Shown: positions 15,914 to 24,535 of the stretch, piece by piece
Layout: each line of letters opens with the position of its first letter
How positions within the stretch are numbered: the stretch's first letter is position 1
Sequence record: NC_013649.2
Length of the DNA stretch: 43,809 bases
Source of the DNA: Klebsiella phage KP34
Strand: one strand, 5' to 3'
Notes under the pieces: model-generated
The model's input: only the letters and a program-made list of their open reading frames with translations
The model's database searches: none
What the model was told of the DNA's origin: nothing
Position numbers and translations under genes: made by a program

Positions 15914-16168
15914 ATGAACATCATCAACATCCTTATCAAACTCCTGAGTGCAGCCTACACAGCCGAAGCTAAACGCGCCGATGCCAAAGCTCAGTTTAAC
16001 GAGCAGCTGGCAGTTAAATTTGCAGACGATGCAGTGCGTCTGGCCGCCCAATCCGAGGCGCGAGTAGAGGCCTCCAAGCACAGCAAAGAATTGGCAGCGG
16101 AGCACGCTTGTCATGCTGATAACCTGCGCGCTAAGCGTGATGAAGTAGCGAGCTTCCTGGGGGTATAA
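15914..16168 (+). CDS. Hypothetical protein (84 aa)
   Basis: ORF with SD AGGAAG upstream. Confidence 0.55.
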   Translation: MNIINILIKLLSAAYTAEAKRADAKAQFNEQLAVKFADDAVRLAAQSEARVEASKHSKELAAEHACHADNLRAKRDEVASFLGV

Positions 16169-16447
16169 ATGCGCATAATCACATGGGCCAAAGAACAGTA
16201 CGCCGTGTTTCTGCTTATGCGCTCACAGCGTTTGCAGAAGCGTGCAAACGACTGGTACTGGGCGGCTAACTCACACGCACACAGGGCGAGCCTTCTGGGC
16301 AACGAGATTAGTGCACACCGCTATCACCTGACTCGCCAGTGCGCCAAGTCCCGCCGCCGTGCATACGCCCTGGGCGCAGAGGCTACGGCCACTGAGACCA
16401 AAGCACACAATTTCATTTCAAAACACAAACTGAAAGGATTTGACTAA
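16169..16447 (+). CDS. Hypothetical protein (92 aa)
   Basis: ORF with SD GGGGGT; start abuts the previous stop. Confidence 0.55.
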   Translation: MRIITWAKEQYAVFLLMRSQRLQKRANDWYWAANSHAHRASLLGNEISAHRYHLTRQCAKSRRRAYALGAEATATETKAHNFISKHKLKGFD

Positions 16448-16815
16448 TGGACAAAGTACTGAATGCATACAAGAATCTGGCTATCGCAGTCAGTGCTGTA
16501 GTGTACGATGCTGCGGTGTACGGGGTACGTGTCCACCGCCTAGACGACGTCTATGACGCCCTGGACAAGCTGGCCGCCCTGTACGGGATGGACTTGGAAC
16601 TGGCCGCCACCGCCTTCAAGGAGCATAACGACCTGTCGGCACATGCCGACAAGTTGAAGGGCGATGACCTAGTGCTTATCCGCATTGTAGGCACCCTCAG
16701 CATCGGCCTGGCGGAGATTGGGTCCTGTATCTACGACATAGACCAGAGCCTGCGTACGCCGGAAGTAATCGGGGACATGCTCGGCACTGTCCTGGTCCTC
16801 TCTGAATTGGGGTGA
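16447..16815 (+). CDS. Hypothetical protein (122 aa)
   Basis: ORF with SD AAAGGA; TAATG overlap with the previous stop. Confidence 0.6.
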   Translation: MDKVLNAYKNLAIAVSAVVYDAAVYGVRVHRLDDVYDALDKLAALYGMDLELAATAFKEHNDLSAHADKLKGDDLVLIRIVGTLSIGLAEIGSCIYDIDQSLRTPEVIGDMLGTVLVLSELG

Positions 16816-16979
16816 TGCTGATGCTATACTTATCTCGTGCAATTTATGTAGCTTTGATTCTCCCACTAATCCCATTGGCGGGACTCTGCTACCTGGGCGA
16901 CAAGCTCAGCAAGGCAAAGTGGGCGGAGCGTTGGGTTAACTGGGCCGACAAGAAGGCCAGAGACATCACGGGGCGCTGA
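16815..16979 (+). CDS. Small membrane protein (54 aa); missed by the ORF track
   Basis: TGATG overlap with the upstream stop; its stop overlaps the HNH start (TGATGA). Translates MLMLYLSRAIYVALILPLIPLAGLCYLGDKLSKAKWAERWVNWADKKARDITGR (N-terminal TM helix). Confidence 0.55.
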   Translation: MLMLYLSRAIYVALILPLIPLAGLCYLGDKLSKAKWAERWVNWADKKARDITGR

Positions 16980-17413
16980 TGAATACTCCATGTATACCCA
17001 CAACCTACCGCCTAAACAACTCGGGTTACGGGAGTTGTCGCTATATGGGCAAAAGGGTAGGTGCCCATGTAGCAGCATACTTAATTGCTAACAACTTAAC
17101 CCCAGATGATGTGGTGGGTAAGGTTGTGATGCACAAGTGTGATAACAGGGCCTGCGTTAATCCGGAACACCTGGAGCTGGGTACTCAGTCTGATAACATA
17201 TTAGACGGGTACCAGAAAGGCAGAATAGGGCAAGGCGAGCAGCTGCGTAAGCGCAACCTAAAACTCTCCAACGCTGATGTGGCGTCTATAAAGAGTCGCT
17301 TAGTTAAGGGCCGCGGGGGAAACTGTAAGGAACTAGCTGCAGAGTTTGGCGTCCATTGGATGTACATCCTGCAGGTTGCAAAGGGGTATCACGATGGTCG
17401 TAAACGGGATTGA
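16979..17413 (+). CDS. HNH endonuclease (144 aa)
   Basis: HKCDNRACVNPEHLELGTQSDN (HNH His-Me finger with a Cys/His zinc site). Confidence 0.8.
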   Translation: MNTPCIPTTYRLNNSGYGSCRYMGKRVGAHVAAYLIANNLTPDDVVGKVVMHKCDNRACVNPEHLELGTQSDNILDGYQKGRIGQGEQLRKRNLKLSNADVASIKSRLVKGRGGNCKELAAEFGVHWMYILQVAKGYHDGRKRD

Positions 17414-18362
17414 CTTGAGTACCCTAGCACCTCAGGATGTAAAGCCTAATGAGGGTAAGGTGCTATTACTCGACTCAGATTTTTATGTCTATAAATCTGC
17501 TGCTACAGTGAAACGTTTGGATACCGCGATACGGCGCTTCTATCAGCTGGTGCTTGAGGACATGTTCCTGGTCGGCTGCTCAGAAGCAGTGGCGTATCTG
17601 ACGCCTACGGGGTGTGCCAAGTGCTTGCGCTGGCACCTACCCACGGCTAAGCCTTACCAGGGGCAGCGAGCTAACCGGCAAGAGCTTCCGCTGAAAGCAC
17701 CTTTGAAGCGGCACCTGATTGAGAACCCGGACCAGTATTCTGAGCAAGGTATCCAGGTGGTTAGCAGTGACTTCTTCGAGGCAGATGATCTGTTCATAAT
17801 GGATTCATACGCCTTCGGAGACCGAGGAATCTTGATGTCCCAGGATAAAGATTCCTGGCTCAGCCCCATGGCTCGGTTCGATATCCCGACCGGCACTGTG
17901 TGGCCTGCCTTGGATAACCCATTCGGCTGGATTAGGTGGGACGATACCCAGGCTATGCCGGTACGAGCGCATGGCACTAAGTTCTTCTGGTGGCAAATGC
18001 TAGCAGGAGATGACGCAGATAACGTCAAAGGCATCACATTGCTTGATGGGAAGCTCTGTGGGAAGCGAACGGCCTTTGATGCTATCTACCCTATTACCTC
18101 GGAGCAGGACGCCGCAGAATTCGTTGTAGCGGCTTATGCTCGAAACAACCAAGACGTACTCGCAGAGGCAGAATGCCTGTGGCTGAGACGCTCCCAATCA
18201 GATTCTGCCTATCAGTATCTGATGTCACTGTTGACTACTCCCAGTCTACGTGACTGGGTGCATTCGCTGCACGAGTACCATAAACAGCATATACAGTGGA
18301 TACAGGAGCACCCAGACAATGGCGAAGATGTCTGCGAAGGAAATGGGCCTGCGGGCGATTGA
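17394..18362 (+). CDS. 5'-3' exonuclease / flap endonuclease (T7 gp6-like, FEN family), about 322 aa
   Basis: N-terminal GKVLLLDSDFYVYKSA and WWQMLAGDDADNVKGI match the FEN/53EXO acidic-cluster motifs. I chose the ATG at 17394 (SD AAAGGGG) rather than the track start at 17346. Confidence 0.85.
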   Translation: MVVNGIDLSTLAPQDVKPNEGKVLLLDSDFYVYKSAATVKRLDTAIRRFYQLVLEDMFLVGCSEAVAYLTPTGCAKCLRWHLPTAKPYQGQRANRQELPLKAPLKRHLIENPDQYSEQGIQVVSSDFFEADDLFIMDSYAFGDRGILMSQDKDSWLSPMARFDIPTGTVWPALDNPFGWIRWDDTQAMPVRAHGTKFFWWQMLAGDDADNVKGITLLDGKLCGKRTAFDAIYPITSEQDAAEFVVAAYARNNQDVLAEAECLWLRRSQSDSAYQYLMSLLTTPSLRDWVHSLHEYHKQHIQWIQEHPDNGEDVCEGNGPAGD

Positions 18363-18522
18363 GTTATACTACGAGGGGAAACACGATGAACTTGAAACTA
18401 TTCTGGACGCGCTGCGTGAACGAGCACCCAAGACACATCGAAGAACGGTTGAGCATTTGGATTCTCTCATTCACGACAATGCTATGCTGGATGTAGTGGG
18501 GGAGATTGAGCTATGGCCCTAA
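18319..18522 (+). CDS. Hypothetical protein (67 aa); start uncertain
   Basis: The track ORF 18250..18522 overlaps the exonuclease heavily. The internal ATG at 18319 (AGGAG upstream) gives MAKMSAKEMGLRAIELYYEGKHDELETILDALRERAPK... Confidence 0.4.
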   Translation: MAKMSAKEMGLRAIELYYEGKHDELETILDALRERAPKTHRRTVEHLDSLIHDNAMLDVVGEIELWP

Positions 18523-18935
18523 GAAAGATTACACGGGCACAGATTCGCTCCGTGGCGATTAAGCTTGCCAAAGACCAGGGAGGTATCTGCCTCCTTTGTG
18601 GCAAACCTTTGGACTTCACAATCAAGGGGGTAACTGGTGATTCTGTTGTCGTTGACCACGATCATATTACTGGGCGTATTCGGGGCGCTCTTCATCGCTC
18701 GTGCAATGGAGGGGAAGGCAAAGTGGCATCTGCCGCTGGGCGCTGGATTGTTGGTAGTATGCAATCTTCTAGGGCTATTGCTGAATCTCTACGTAGGGTC
18801 GCCGATTACTTAGACAGCGAACCTACGGATATGCTATACTATACGCACAAGACGCCGGAAGAATTGGCACAGGCACAGAAGCTCAAGGCCCGCAAGGCCC
18901 GGGCACGACGCAAAGCACGGGAGACTATTAAATGA
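18513..18935 (+). CDS. Endonuclease VII-type Holliday-junction resolvase (140 aa)
   Basis: CLLCGKPLD...VVDHDHITGRIRGALHRSCN matches the T4 endonuclease VII (Endonuclease_7) signature CxxC ... DHDH ... TGxxRGxLxxxCN. Confidence 0.85.
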   Translation: MALRKITRAQIRSVAIKLAKDQGGICLLCGKPLDFTIKGVTGDSVVVDHDHITGRIRGALHRSCNGGEGKVASAAGRWIVGSMQSSRAIAESLRRVADYLDSEPTDMLYYTHKTPEELAQAQKLKARKARARRKARETIK

Positions 18936-19150
18936 CAGACGCAGTTAATTCCCCACAGCACTATGCCAGCGGCTCGGTGGAGTGTATCGAGGCTATTAAG
19001 GCTAGCATGTCCTCAGAAGCATTCTGTGGGTACTTAAAAGGAAATGTGCAGAAATACTTATGGCGCTACGAGAAAAAGGTAGCGCCATTGGAAGACTTAC
19101 ACAAGGCTCAAGTATATTTAAGGTGGCTAATTGAAGAGAATCAACCCTAA
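18932..19150 (+). CDS. DUF3310-like phage protein (72 aa)
   Basis: SPQHY...VECIEAI...GN.QKYLWRY...EDLHKA.VYL matches my recollection of the DUF3310 pattern (PxHY, ECIE, GN..KY, DL.KA). Confidence 0.7.
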   Translation: MTDAVNSPQHYASGSVECIEAIKASMSSEAFCGYLKGNVQKYLWRYEKKVAPLEDLHKAQVYLRWLIEENQP

Positions 19151-19613
19151 AACTGGTGCACCGTTTAGGCGGGGAGATACCCGCGAGGATGGGTACATCT
19201 TTATGACCTACCAGAAGACTGTAGTAAAATCTGACGGTACGTTTAAAGAGGTGTGGCTGCGCCCAGACCGGGCAGACGCGGCTAAGAGGAAGACCTCAGC
19301 TGCGGGTGTAGTTTGTCAGCGCAACAGACGCCTAAAACACGGCGCCATAATTAATAGGTACAAGATGTGGAAAGGGTGCGCAGTATGCGGGTATAATAAG
19401 CACCCAAGTGCTTTAGACCTGGACCACCGGGACAGAAGCACGAAGTCGTTTGATATAAGCTCTAGTGTCGCCACCAAAGCGTGGGATGTTATTGCTGCGG
19501 AGATAAGGAAGTGTGATGTACTTTGCGCAAACTGTCATAGGATTAAAACGTATGAGGAGCAGGAATGGAAAGTCCTAGCGCCTGGTGCCGCAAGCAGTGG
19601 GAAGCAGCAGTAG
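19131..19613 (+). CDS. HNH endonuclease (160 aa; start uncertain, TTG at 19131 or a downstream ATG)
   Basis: CAVCGYNKHPSALDLDHRDRSTK...CANCHRIKT (HNH with two CxxC pairs). Confidence 0.75.
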   Translation: MKRINPKTGAPFRRGDTREDGYIFMTYQKTVVKSDGTFKEVWLRPDRADAAKRKTSAAGVVCQRNRRLKHGAIINRYKMWKGCAVCGYNKHPSALDLDHRDRSTKSFDISSSVATKAWDVIAAEIRKCDVLCANCHRIKTYEEQEWKVLAPGAASSGKQQ

Positions 19614-19722
19614 AGCGGGGAGATGAAAGCGCCGCTAAAGACTACCTGGAGATGTACAATCTCTGGGTGAGTCGCAATCAGTAGTTAGAAGTACCGGACA
19701 TAACCAAGGAGATTAAGCGCCT

Positions 19723-22191
19723 ATGATTAGCGCCCTAAGTACGGTAGTAGTACCAGAGGAAGCACTGGTGAAACGCCAGCTGGAGCTTGAAGAGACCTAT
19801 AAGATTCGCGGAATCGAGCGGGCACGTAAGCTGATTACGGACGCATTGCAGAACGGCGGGATTATGAACCTGCCTATGACGCAGCGTATGCTCACTTCGG
19901 CATATGAAGTGGCTGCTGCCGCGATCGATGAGATGCGAAATGTCAAAGCCCCTGGCATTGGTGGGAAGTATCGCCGGTTCCTGCGCTTAATCCCCTTGGA
20001 TGTCCTGACCACCCTGAGCCTGTGCACAATGTTTGAGGCGTTCAGCGTCGCCCCCGGCGAGTCCGCCAGTCGCCGCCAGACTGCGCAGGCGGTAATGTCC
20101 GCACTGGGCCGGAACGTGCAGTCGGAACTGCTGTCTTTGCAGCTGCGTAACGTTGCCCCGGCGTACATGGACCGGGTGTATGAGTATCTCACAGAGCGCC
20201 GTACAAAGTCACCTACGCACATCCTGCGTACGCTCCGTGCCAGTGCCGAGAACGTGCACTACGGGCACGAGCCTTGGACCAATGCCCAGAACATCTCCGT
20301 AGGGCGTCTGCTGTGTGCCGCAGTATTCGAGACGGGTCTGTTCCAGTGGAAGACGGGCAGCGGGAACCTGAGCATGCTCTACCCCGCAGACGACGTTATG
20401 GAAGCATTTCAGCAGCTAGTGGAATCTGCTGACACTGTGACGATGAAGCCTCCTATGCTGGTGCCGCCGGTGCAGCACACTACGATGTGGGACGGCGGGT
20501 ACCTCACCCCAATCGATAACCGCGGTACGTACCATAACTCGCACATCGACCGCACCAGACTGCGTGAAGTAGCGGAAGCATTTAAGTCTGCGGACGGCAT
20601 CAAGAAGGCGCTTAATAAGGCACAGGAAACTCCGTACCGTATTAATAAGCGCATACTGGAACTGGTGCAAGAAGCACGGGCCCTAGGTATCGGAGTGGGT
20701 ATGCCCCGCTCAGTGCCGGAGCCTAAACCGGAGTGGTACTTGGATGGCGTACCAAAAGAGAACTACACAGAGGAAGAACTGGACCGCTTCGGTGAGTGGA
20801 AGACGCGTATGTCTCTGTGGTACAGTGCTGACCGTAAGCGTGTGTCGCAACTGCGCAGCCTTCTGACTACGTTAGAAATGGCAGAGGAATTCAAAGATGA
20901 GAAAGCTCTTTACTTCCCGACTTGTGTGGACTGGCGCTACCGCCTGTACTTCAAGTCCTCACTGCATCCCCAAGGTTCTGATTTGCAGAAAGCCCTTCTT
21001 GAGTTTGGCAGAGGAAAACCTCTGGGTGATCGCGGCTTATTCTGGCTCAAGGTGCATGTCGCCACATGCTTTGGTTATGACAAGACCTTATTCGAAGACC
21101 GCGCAGCTTGGGTTGATGCGAACTTTGCAGAGATTGAGCAGCTTACAGTTTCACCGTTTGATTGCCCTGCTTTCACCTCCGCGGACAGCCCTTGGTGCTT
21201 ATTGGCCGCCGCTATCGACCTGGTTAATGCTGTGCGTTCTGGATGCCCAGAAGAGCATATTAGCCGAATCCCAGTTGCTATGGACGCTACAAACTCTGGT
21301 GGACAGCACCTCTCAGCGCTCCTGAGAGACCCTGTAGGCGGTCGTCTGACGAACCTGTACTGGGAAGGTAACGACAAGAAAGCGGACCTGTACATGGATG
21401 TGAAGCGCCGTACGGACGAGAAGGTGATACTGGACCTGGACAAGGAGGACTTCATTATCCAGAGCACGTACTGGAGAGAGAACGAAATCACCCGCAGCAT
21501 GACCAAGCGCCCCAGTATGACCTACTTCTACAGCGCCACGGTGCGTAGCTGCAGCGACTACATCTTTGAAGGCGCTTGCGCTGAGGGATACGAGGGTACC
21601 GATACTAACAGTCTGTGGAACCTGTCGTGTTACCTGGCACCGCGTATGCGTGCCGCTATCGAGGAGGCAAACCCCGCTGCTGCGGCAGTTATGGGGTACT
21701 TGCAGAACCTAGCTAGACGTGTACCGGCAAGCCAGCACCTGCAGTGGTATACGCCGCTGGGTGGGCTCGTAATGAACCGCTACACGCAGCGTGAAGAAGT
21801 GCGCGTACGTATTGACTGCATGAACCTATCGGCGGTACTGGTACACAACCGGGACTTCAAGACCTGCAACAAGCGTAAGGCAGCCTCCGGGATTGCCCCG
21901 AACTTTGTGCATAGTCTGGACAGTACGCACTTGATGATGGTGCTCTGCGCTGCGGAGGGTCTGGATATTGTGCCGATTCACGACTCACTGGCTACTCACG
22001 CAGCCGACGTTGATGATATGCACCGACACATCCGCGAACAGTTTGTGCGCCTCTACGAGGAGAATGACCTGCTTGGCGACATTACTCGCGCGGCGGCAGC
22101 AGCCGGGGCAGACTTGACGGACCTGGACATGCCTGAGGTGGGTACTTTGGACATCCGTCAAGTGCTAGAATCCCCGTTCTTCTTCTGCTAA
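19723..22191 (+). CDS. Single-subunit DNA-dependent RNA polymerase (T7 RNAP family), 822 aa
   Basis: Size and collinear similarity to T7 gene 1. Motif C region IVPIHDSLATHAADVDDM and C-terminal ...FFFC-like end. SD AAGGAG upstream. Its position after the replication genes is phiKMV-like. Confidence 0.95.
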   Translation: MISALSTVVVPEEALVKRQLELEETYKIRGIERARKLITDALQNGGIMNLPMTQRMLTSAYEVAAAAIDEMRNVKAPGIGGKYRRFLRLIPLDVLTTLSLCTMFEAFSVAPGESASRRQTAQAVMSALGRNVQSELLSLQLRNVAPAYMDRVYEYLTERRTKSPTHILRTLRASAENVHYGHEPWTNAQNISVGRLLCAAVFETGLFQWKTGSGNLSMLYPADDVMEAFQQLVESADTVTMKPPMLVPPVQHTTMWDGGYLTPIDNRGTYHNSHIDRTRLREVAEAFKSADGIKKALNKAQETPYRINKRILELVQEARALGIGVGMPRSVPEPKPEWYLDGVPKENYTEEELDRFGEWKTRMSLWYSADRKRVSQLRSLLTTLEMAEEFKDEKALYFPTCVDWRYRLYFKSSLHPQGSDLQKALLEFGRGKPLGDRGLFWLKVHVATCFGYDKTLFEDRAAWVDANFAEIEQLTVSPFDCPAFTSADSPWCLLAAAIDLVNAVRSGCPEEHISRIPVAMDATNSGGQHLSALLRDPVGGRLTNLYWEGNDKKADLYMDVKRRTDEKVILDLDKEDFIIQSTYWRENEITRSMTKRPSMTYFYSATVRSCSDYIFEGACAEGYEGTDTNSLWNLSCYLAPRMRAAIEEANPAAAAVMGYLQNLARRVPASQHLQWYTPLGGLVMNRYTQREEVRVRIDCMNLSAVLVHNRDFKTCNKRKAASGIAPNFVHSLDSTHLMMVLCAAEGLDIVPIHDSLATHAADVDDMHRHIREQFVRLYEENDLLGDITRAAAAAGADLTDLDMPEVGTLDIRQVLESPFFFC

Positions 22192-22198
22192 AAATTTA

Positions 22199-22215
22199 AT
22201 GTTACAGGAGTAGGA
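22199..22215 (+). promoter_or_regulatory. Candidate phage-RNAP promoter P2 (TAATGTTACAGGAGTAGGA), immediately upstream of the ATG at 22216
   Basis: Identical core to P1 and P3. Lies in the 24-nt gap after the RNAP gene. The AGGAG inside the motif doubles as the SD for the next gene. Confidence 0.55.
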
Positions 22216-22656
22216 ATGAAGTTAAAACACACTAGTAAAACTTCCGACTACACTCTCAGGGTTCTGTATAAGTCTGACGACATTACAGACGCAGTGAAGC
22301 AACTGCATGAACTGGGCCACGGCATTAGTCGGGGCCTAGCTCCAGAGCAGCACTACTGGAGAGTACTGGGCAGCATACTGGATAAACAGTATATACTAGG
22401 AGTCTATGACTCCCAAGGCGACTTAGTCGGTGCTGTCAGCTACTACCCAGAAGCTGTAGAGGACTGTCATTACGTAGAGCCTGTGCTGTATACAGACTTC
22501 TTCGTATTGAAGCCAGGTAACAGTAAGGCGGTACTTGTGATTATGCAGGGCCTTCGCGCAATAGCTAAGAGTATGCGGGCTGGGCGTATCGCCATTAGCC
22601 GAGGTGCATCGGATAACACATACAATACAACTTATCATTTAGTGAGGTCAGAATGA
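22216..22656 (+). CDS. Hypothetical protein (146 aa), first gene after the RNAP; weakly GNAT-like, unverified
   Basis: ORF directly downstream of promoter motif P2. No firm motif. Confidence 0.65.
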   Translation: MKLKHTSKTSDYTLRVLYKSDDITDAVKQLHELGHGISRGLAPEQHYWRVLGSILDKQYILGVYDSQGDLVGAVSYYPEAVEDCHYVEPVLYTDFFVLKPGNSKAVLVIMQGLRAIAKSMRAGRIAISRGASDNTYNTTYHLVRSE

Positions 22657-22916
22657 GTGGTGGTTTAGGTAAACTGTTAGGCAAGGCCACGGATATGCTC
22701 GGCCTTACGGACAACGCAGGATTAGAGGCGCAGCAGCGCTTGGCAGAGCAGCAGGCTAGCGCAGCGAAACAACAGGCTGCCCTAGAGGCTAATAGCGCCG
22801 CAGATAACATTGCGGAGATTGACCCCGCAGGGGCTGCCTCTGCATCTGCAGATGCAATTACGTCTGAGCAGAAGAAACGGCGACAAGCAGGGCAGAGCAA
22901 TCCTCTGGGCCTGTAA
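22653..22916 (+). CDS. Hypothetical Ala/Gln-rich small protein (87 aa), possibly a minor virion protein
   Basis: SD GAGGT upstream; sits at the position of the T7 gp6.7/7.3-type small virion proteins. Confidence 0.55.
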   Translation: MSGGLGKLLGKATDMLGLTDNAGLEAQQRLAEQQASAAKQQAALEANSAADNIAEIDPAGAASASADAITSEQKKRRQAGQSNPLGL

Positions 22917-22925
22917 GGGGGTAGC

Positions 22926-24521
22926 TTGGAACAAAAAGCAACATTAGCAGAACTCTTTAAGAAGGACCAGGACGCAGGCGTCTTGGATGCCTCTGAGAAG
23001 TTCGCACAGTGGACGCTCAGCACTATCTTTACCCGGGATGACTCCCTGGACGGTAGGCGCAGACCCCTGGAGCGGGACTACCAGAGCACCGGTGCACAGC
23101 TGGTCAACACTGCAGCCACTAAGATTGTAGGGGCACTGTTCCCTCAGGGCACCAGCTTCTTCCGGTTCTCCAAGAGTTCGGACCTGGACGAGTTCATTAG
23201 TTCGCTGGGCAGCGCAGCTACAGCAGAATCTAAGCTGGCCGAGGTCGAGAACACAGCGTCACAGAAAGTATTTGAGAAAGACGGTTATGCTGCGAAGTTG
23301 CAGGCTGTGAAGCTGCTGCTGGTTACAGGTAACGCGTTGGAGTATATTGATGAGCGGACAGGTAAATCAATCGTCTACTCAGTCCGTAACTTTACCGTTC
23401 GAAGGGACGGCAGCGGGAACGTCCTGCGACTCATTATCAGAGAGCGCGCAAGCGTCCAGGACCTGCCAGAGAGTTTCCAGAACACCTTCTACCGTGACAA
23501 AGACCCATACGGCGACGTTGATATCTACACTGCCGCTTGTCGCAAGGTTAAGCGGACAGAGGAAGGCGTAGAGGTAGTAAGCTACGAGGTGTACCAAGAA
23601 GCAGACGGGCACCGCATCGGGGACAGCAGCACCTATCCGGAGCTGGAGCTTCCTTACAACGTGCTGGTGTGGAACCTTGTTAGCGGGGAGCACTACGGGC
23701 GCGGCTTGGTAGAGGACTACGCTGGAGACTTTGCTCGATTATCGGTACTGTCGGAAGCGTTAACTAACTACGAGGTTGAGTCTGCGCGGTTAATCCCGCT
23801 GATTGACGCAAGTTCCGGTCTGGATGTAGATGAGTTCGCAACGTCGGAGACGGGCGAGGCTGTGCAGGTGGGTGGCGGCGGTTCCAACGGGAATAGTAAA
23901 TCCCCGGTCACTGCTTATGAGGGTGGCTCTGCCCAGAAGATTCAGTGGATTGCCAGCAACATCCAGATGCTTGAACAGAAACTATCGCGTGCGTTTATGT
24001 ATACCGGTAACTCCCGGCAGGGCGAGCGCGTCACGGCCTACGAGATTCGCCAGAATGCCAAAGAGGCGGAAGCCGCTATGGGTGGCGGGTTCAGTATCCT
24101 GAGCGACACCTGGCTGCGTAAGCTGGCGTACCTGTATACTGCACTGGTGTATCCTCGCTTTAAGCTGTACCTCAGCGAAGGCGTAGTGAGCATCAACGTT
24201 ACGGTGGGCACCTCTGCACTCGCTAAAGCCGCGGCAGCGGACAAGCTGTTAGAGGCGGCACAGTCCATGCAGCTGGCTATCCCGGTGCTTGAGCAGATTA
24301 CTCCACGCTTTAACAAGGATGCGTGCGTAGACTGGTACTTCGACGCCTACGGTATCGTTAGCGAGCCGTTCATGTACACCGAAGAGCAGCTGCAGCAGAA
24401 GCAACAGGTTCAAGATGCGTCTGCCGATGTATCCGCAGGTGCAGCGCAGGACCAACTCCAGGGCTTGACAGCGGCAGACCCGACAGTAGCAGGTAAGCAG
24501 CTGGGCTTATTACCAAGTTAA
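22926..24521 (+). CDS. Head-to-tail connector (portal) protein, T7 gp8-like (531 aa); TTG start
   Basis: Size and position before scaffold and capsid. In-frame TAA 9 nt upstream forces the TTG at 22926 (SD AAGGGGG 4 nt upstream). Gln-rich C-terminus as in T7 gp8. Confidence 0.85.
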   Translation: MEQKATLAELFKKDQDAGVLDASEKFAQWTLSTIFTRDDSLDGRRRPLERDYQSTGAQLVNTAATKIVGALFPQGTSFFRFSKSSDLDEFISSLGSAATAESKLAEVENTASQKVFEKDGYAAKLQAVKLLLVTGNALEYIDERTGKSIVYSVRNFTVRRDGSGNVLRLIIRERASVQDLPESFQNTFYRDKDPYGDVDIYTAACRKVKRTEEGVEVVSYEVYQEADGHRIGDSSTYPELELPYNVLVWNLVSGEHYGRGLVEDYAGDFARLSVLSEALTNYEVESARLIPLIDASSGLDVDEFATSETGEAVQVGGGGSNGNSKSPVTAYEGGSAQKIQWIASNIQMLEQKLSRAFMYTGNSRQGERVTAYEIRQNAKEAEAAMGGGFSILSDTWLRKLAYLYTALVYPRFKLYLSEGVVSINVTVGTSALAKAAAADKLLEAAQSMQLAIPVLEQITPRFNKDACVDWYFDAYGIVSEPFMYTEEQLQQKQQVQDASADVSAGAAQDQLQGLTAADPTVAGKQLGLLPS

Positions 24522-24535
24522 CAACAGAGGCATAG

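Noticed and set aside
18250-18318. Track start (18250) for the 90-aa ORF overlapping the exonuclease gene
   Set aside because: A 112-nt out-of-frame overlap with a conserved enzyme gene is unlikely. The internal ATG at 18319 with an AGGAG upstream is preferred, though the gene itself remains low-confidence.
22216-22656. GNAT acetyltransferase assignment for the 146-aa post-RNAP protein
   Set aside because: Only a vague resemblance in the segment VGAVSYYPEAVED...VLVIMQGLRAIAKSMRAGRIAISRG. The acetyl-CoA-binding Q/RxxGxG/A motif is not clearly present. Left as hypothetical.
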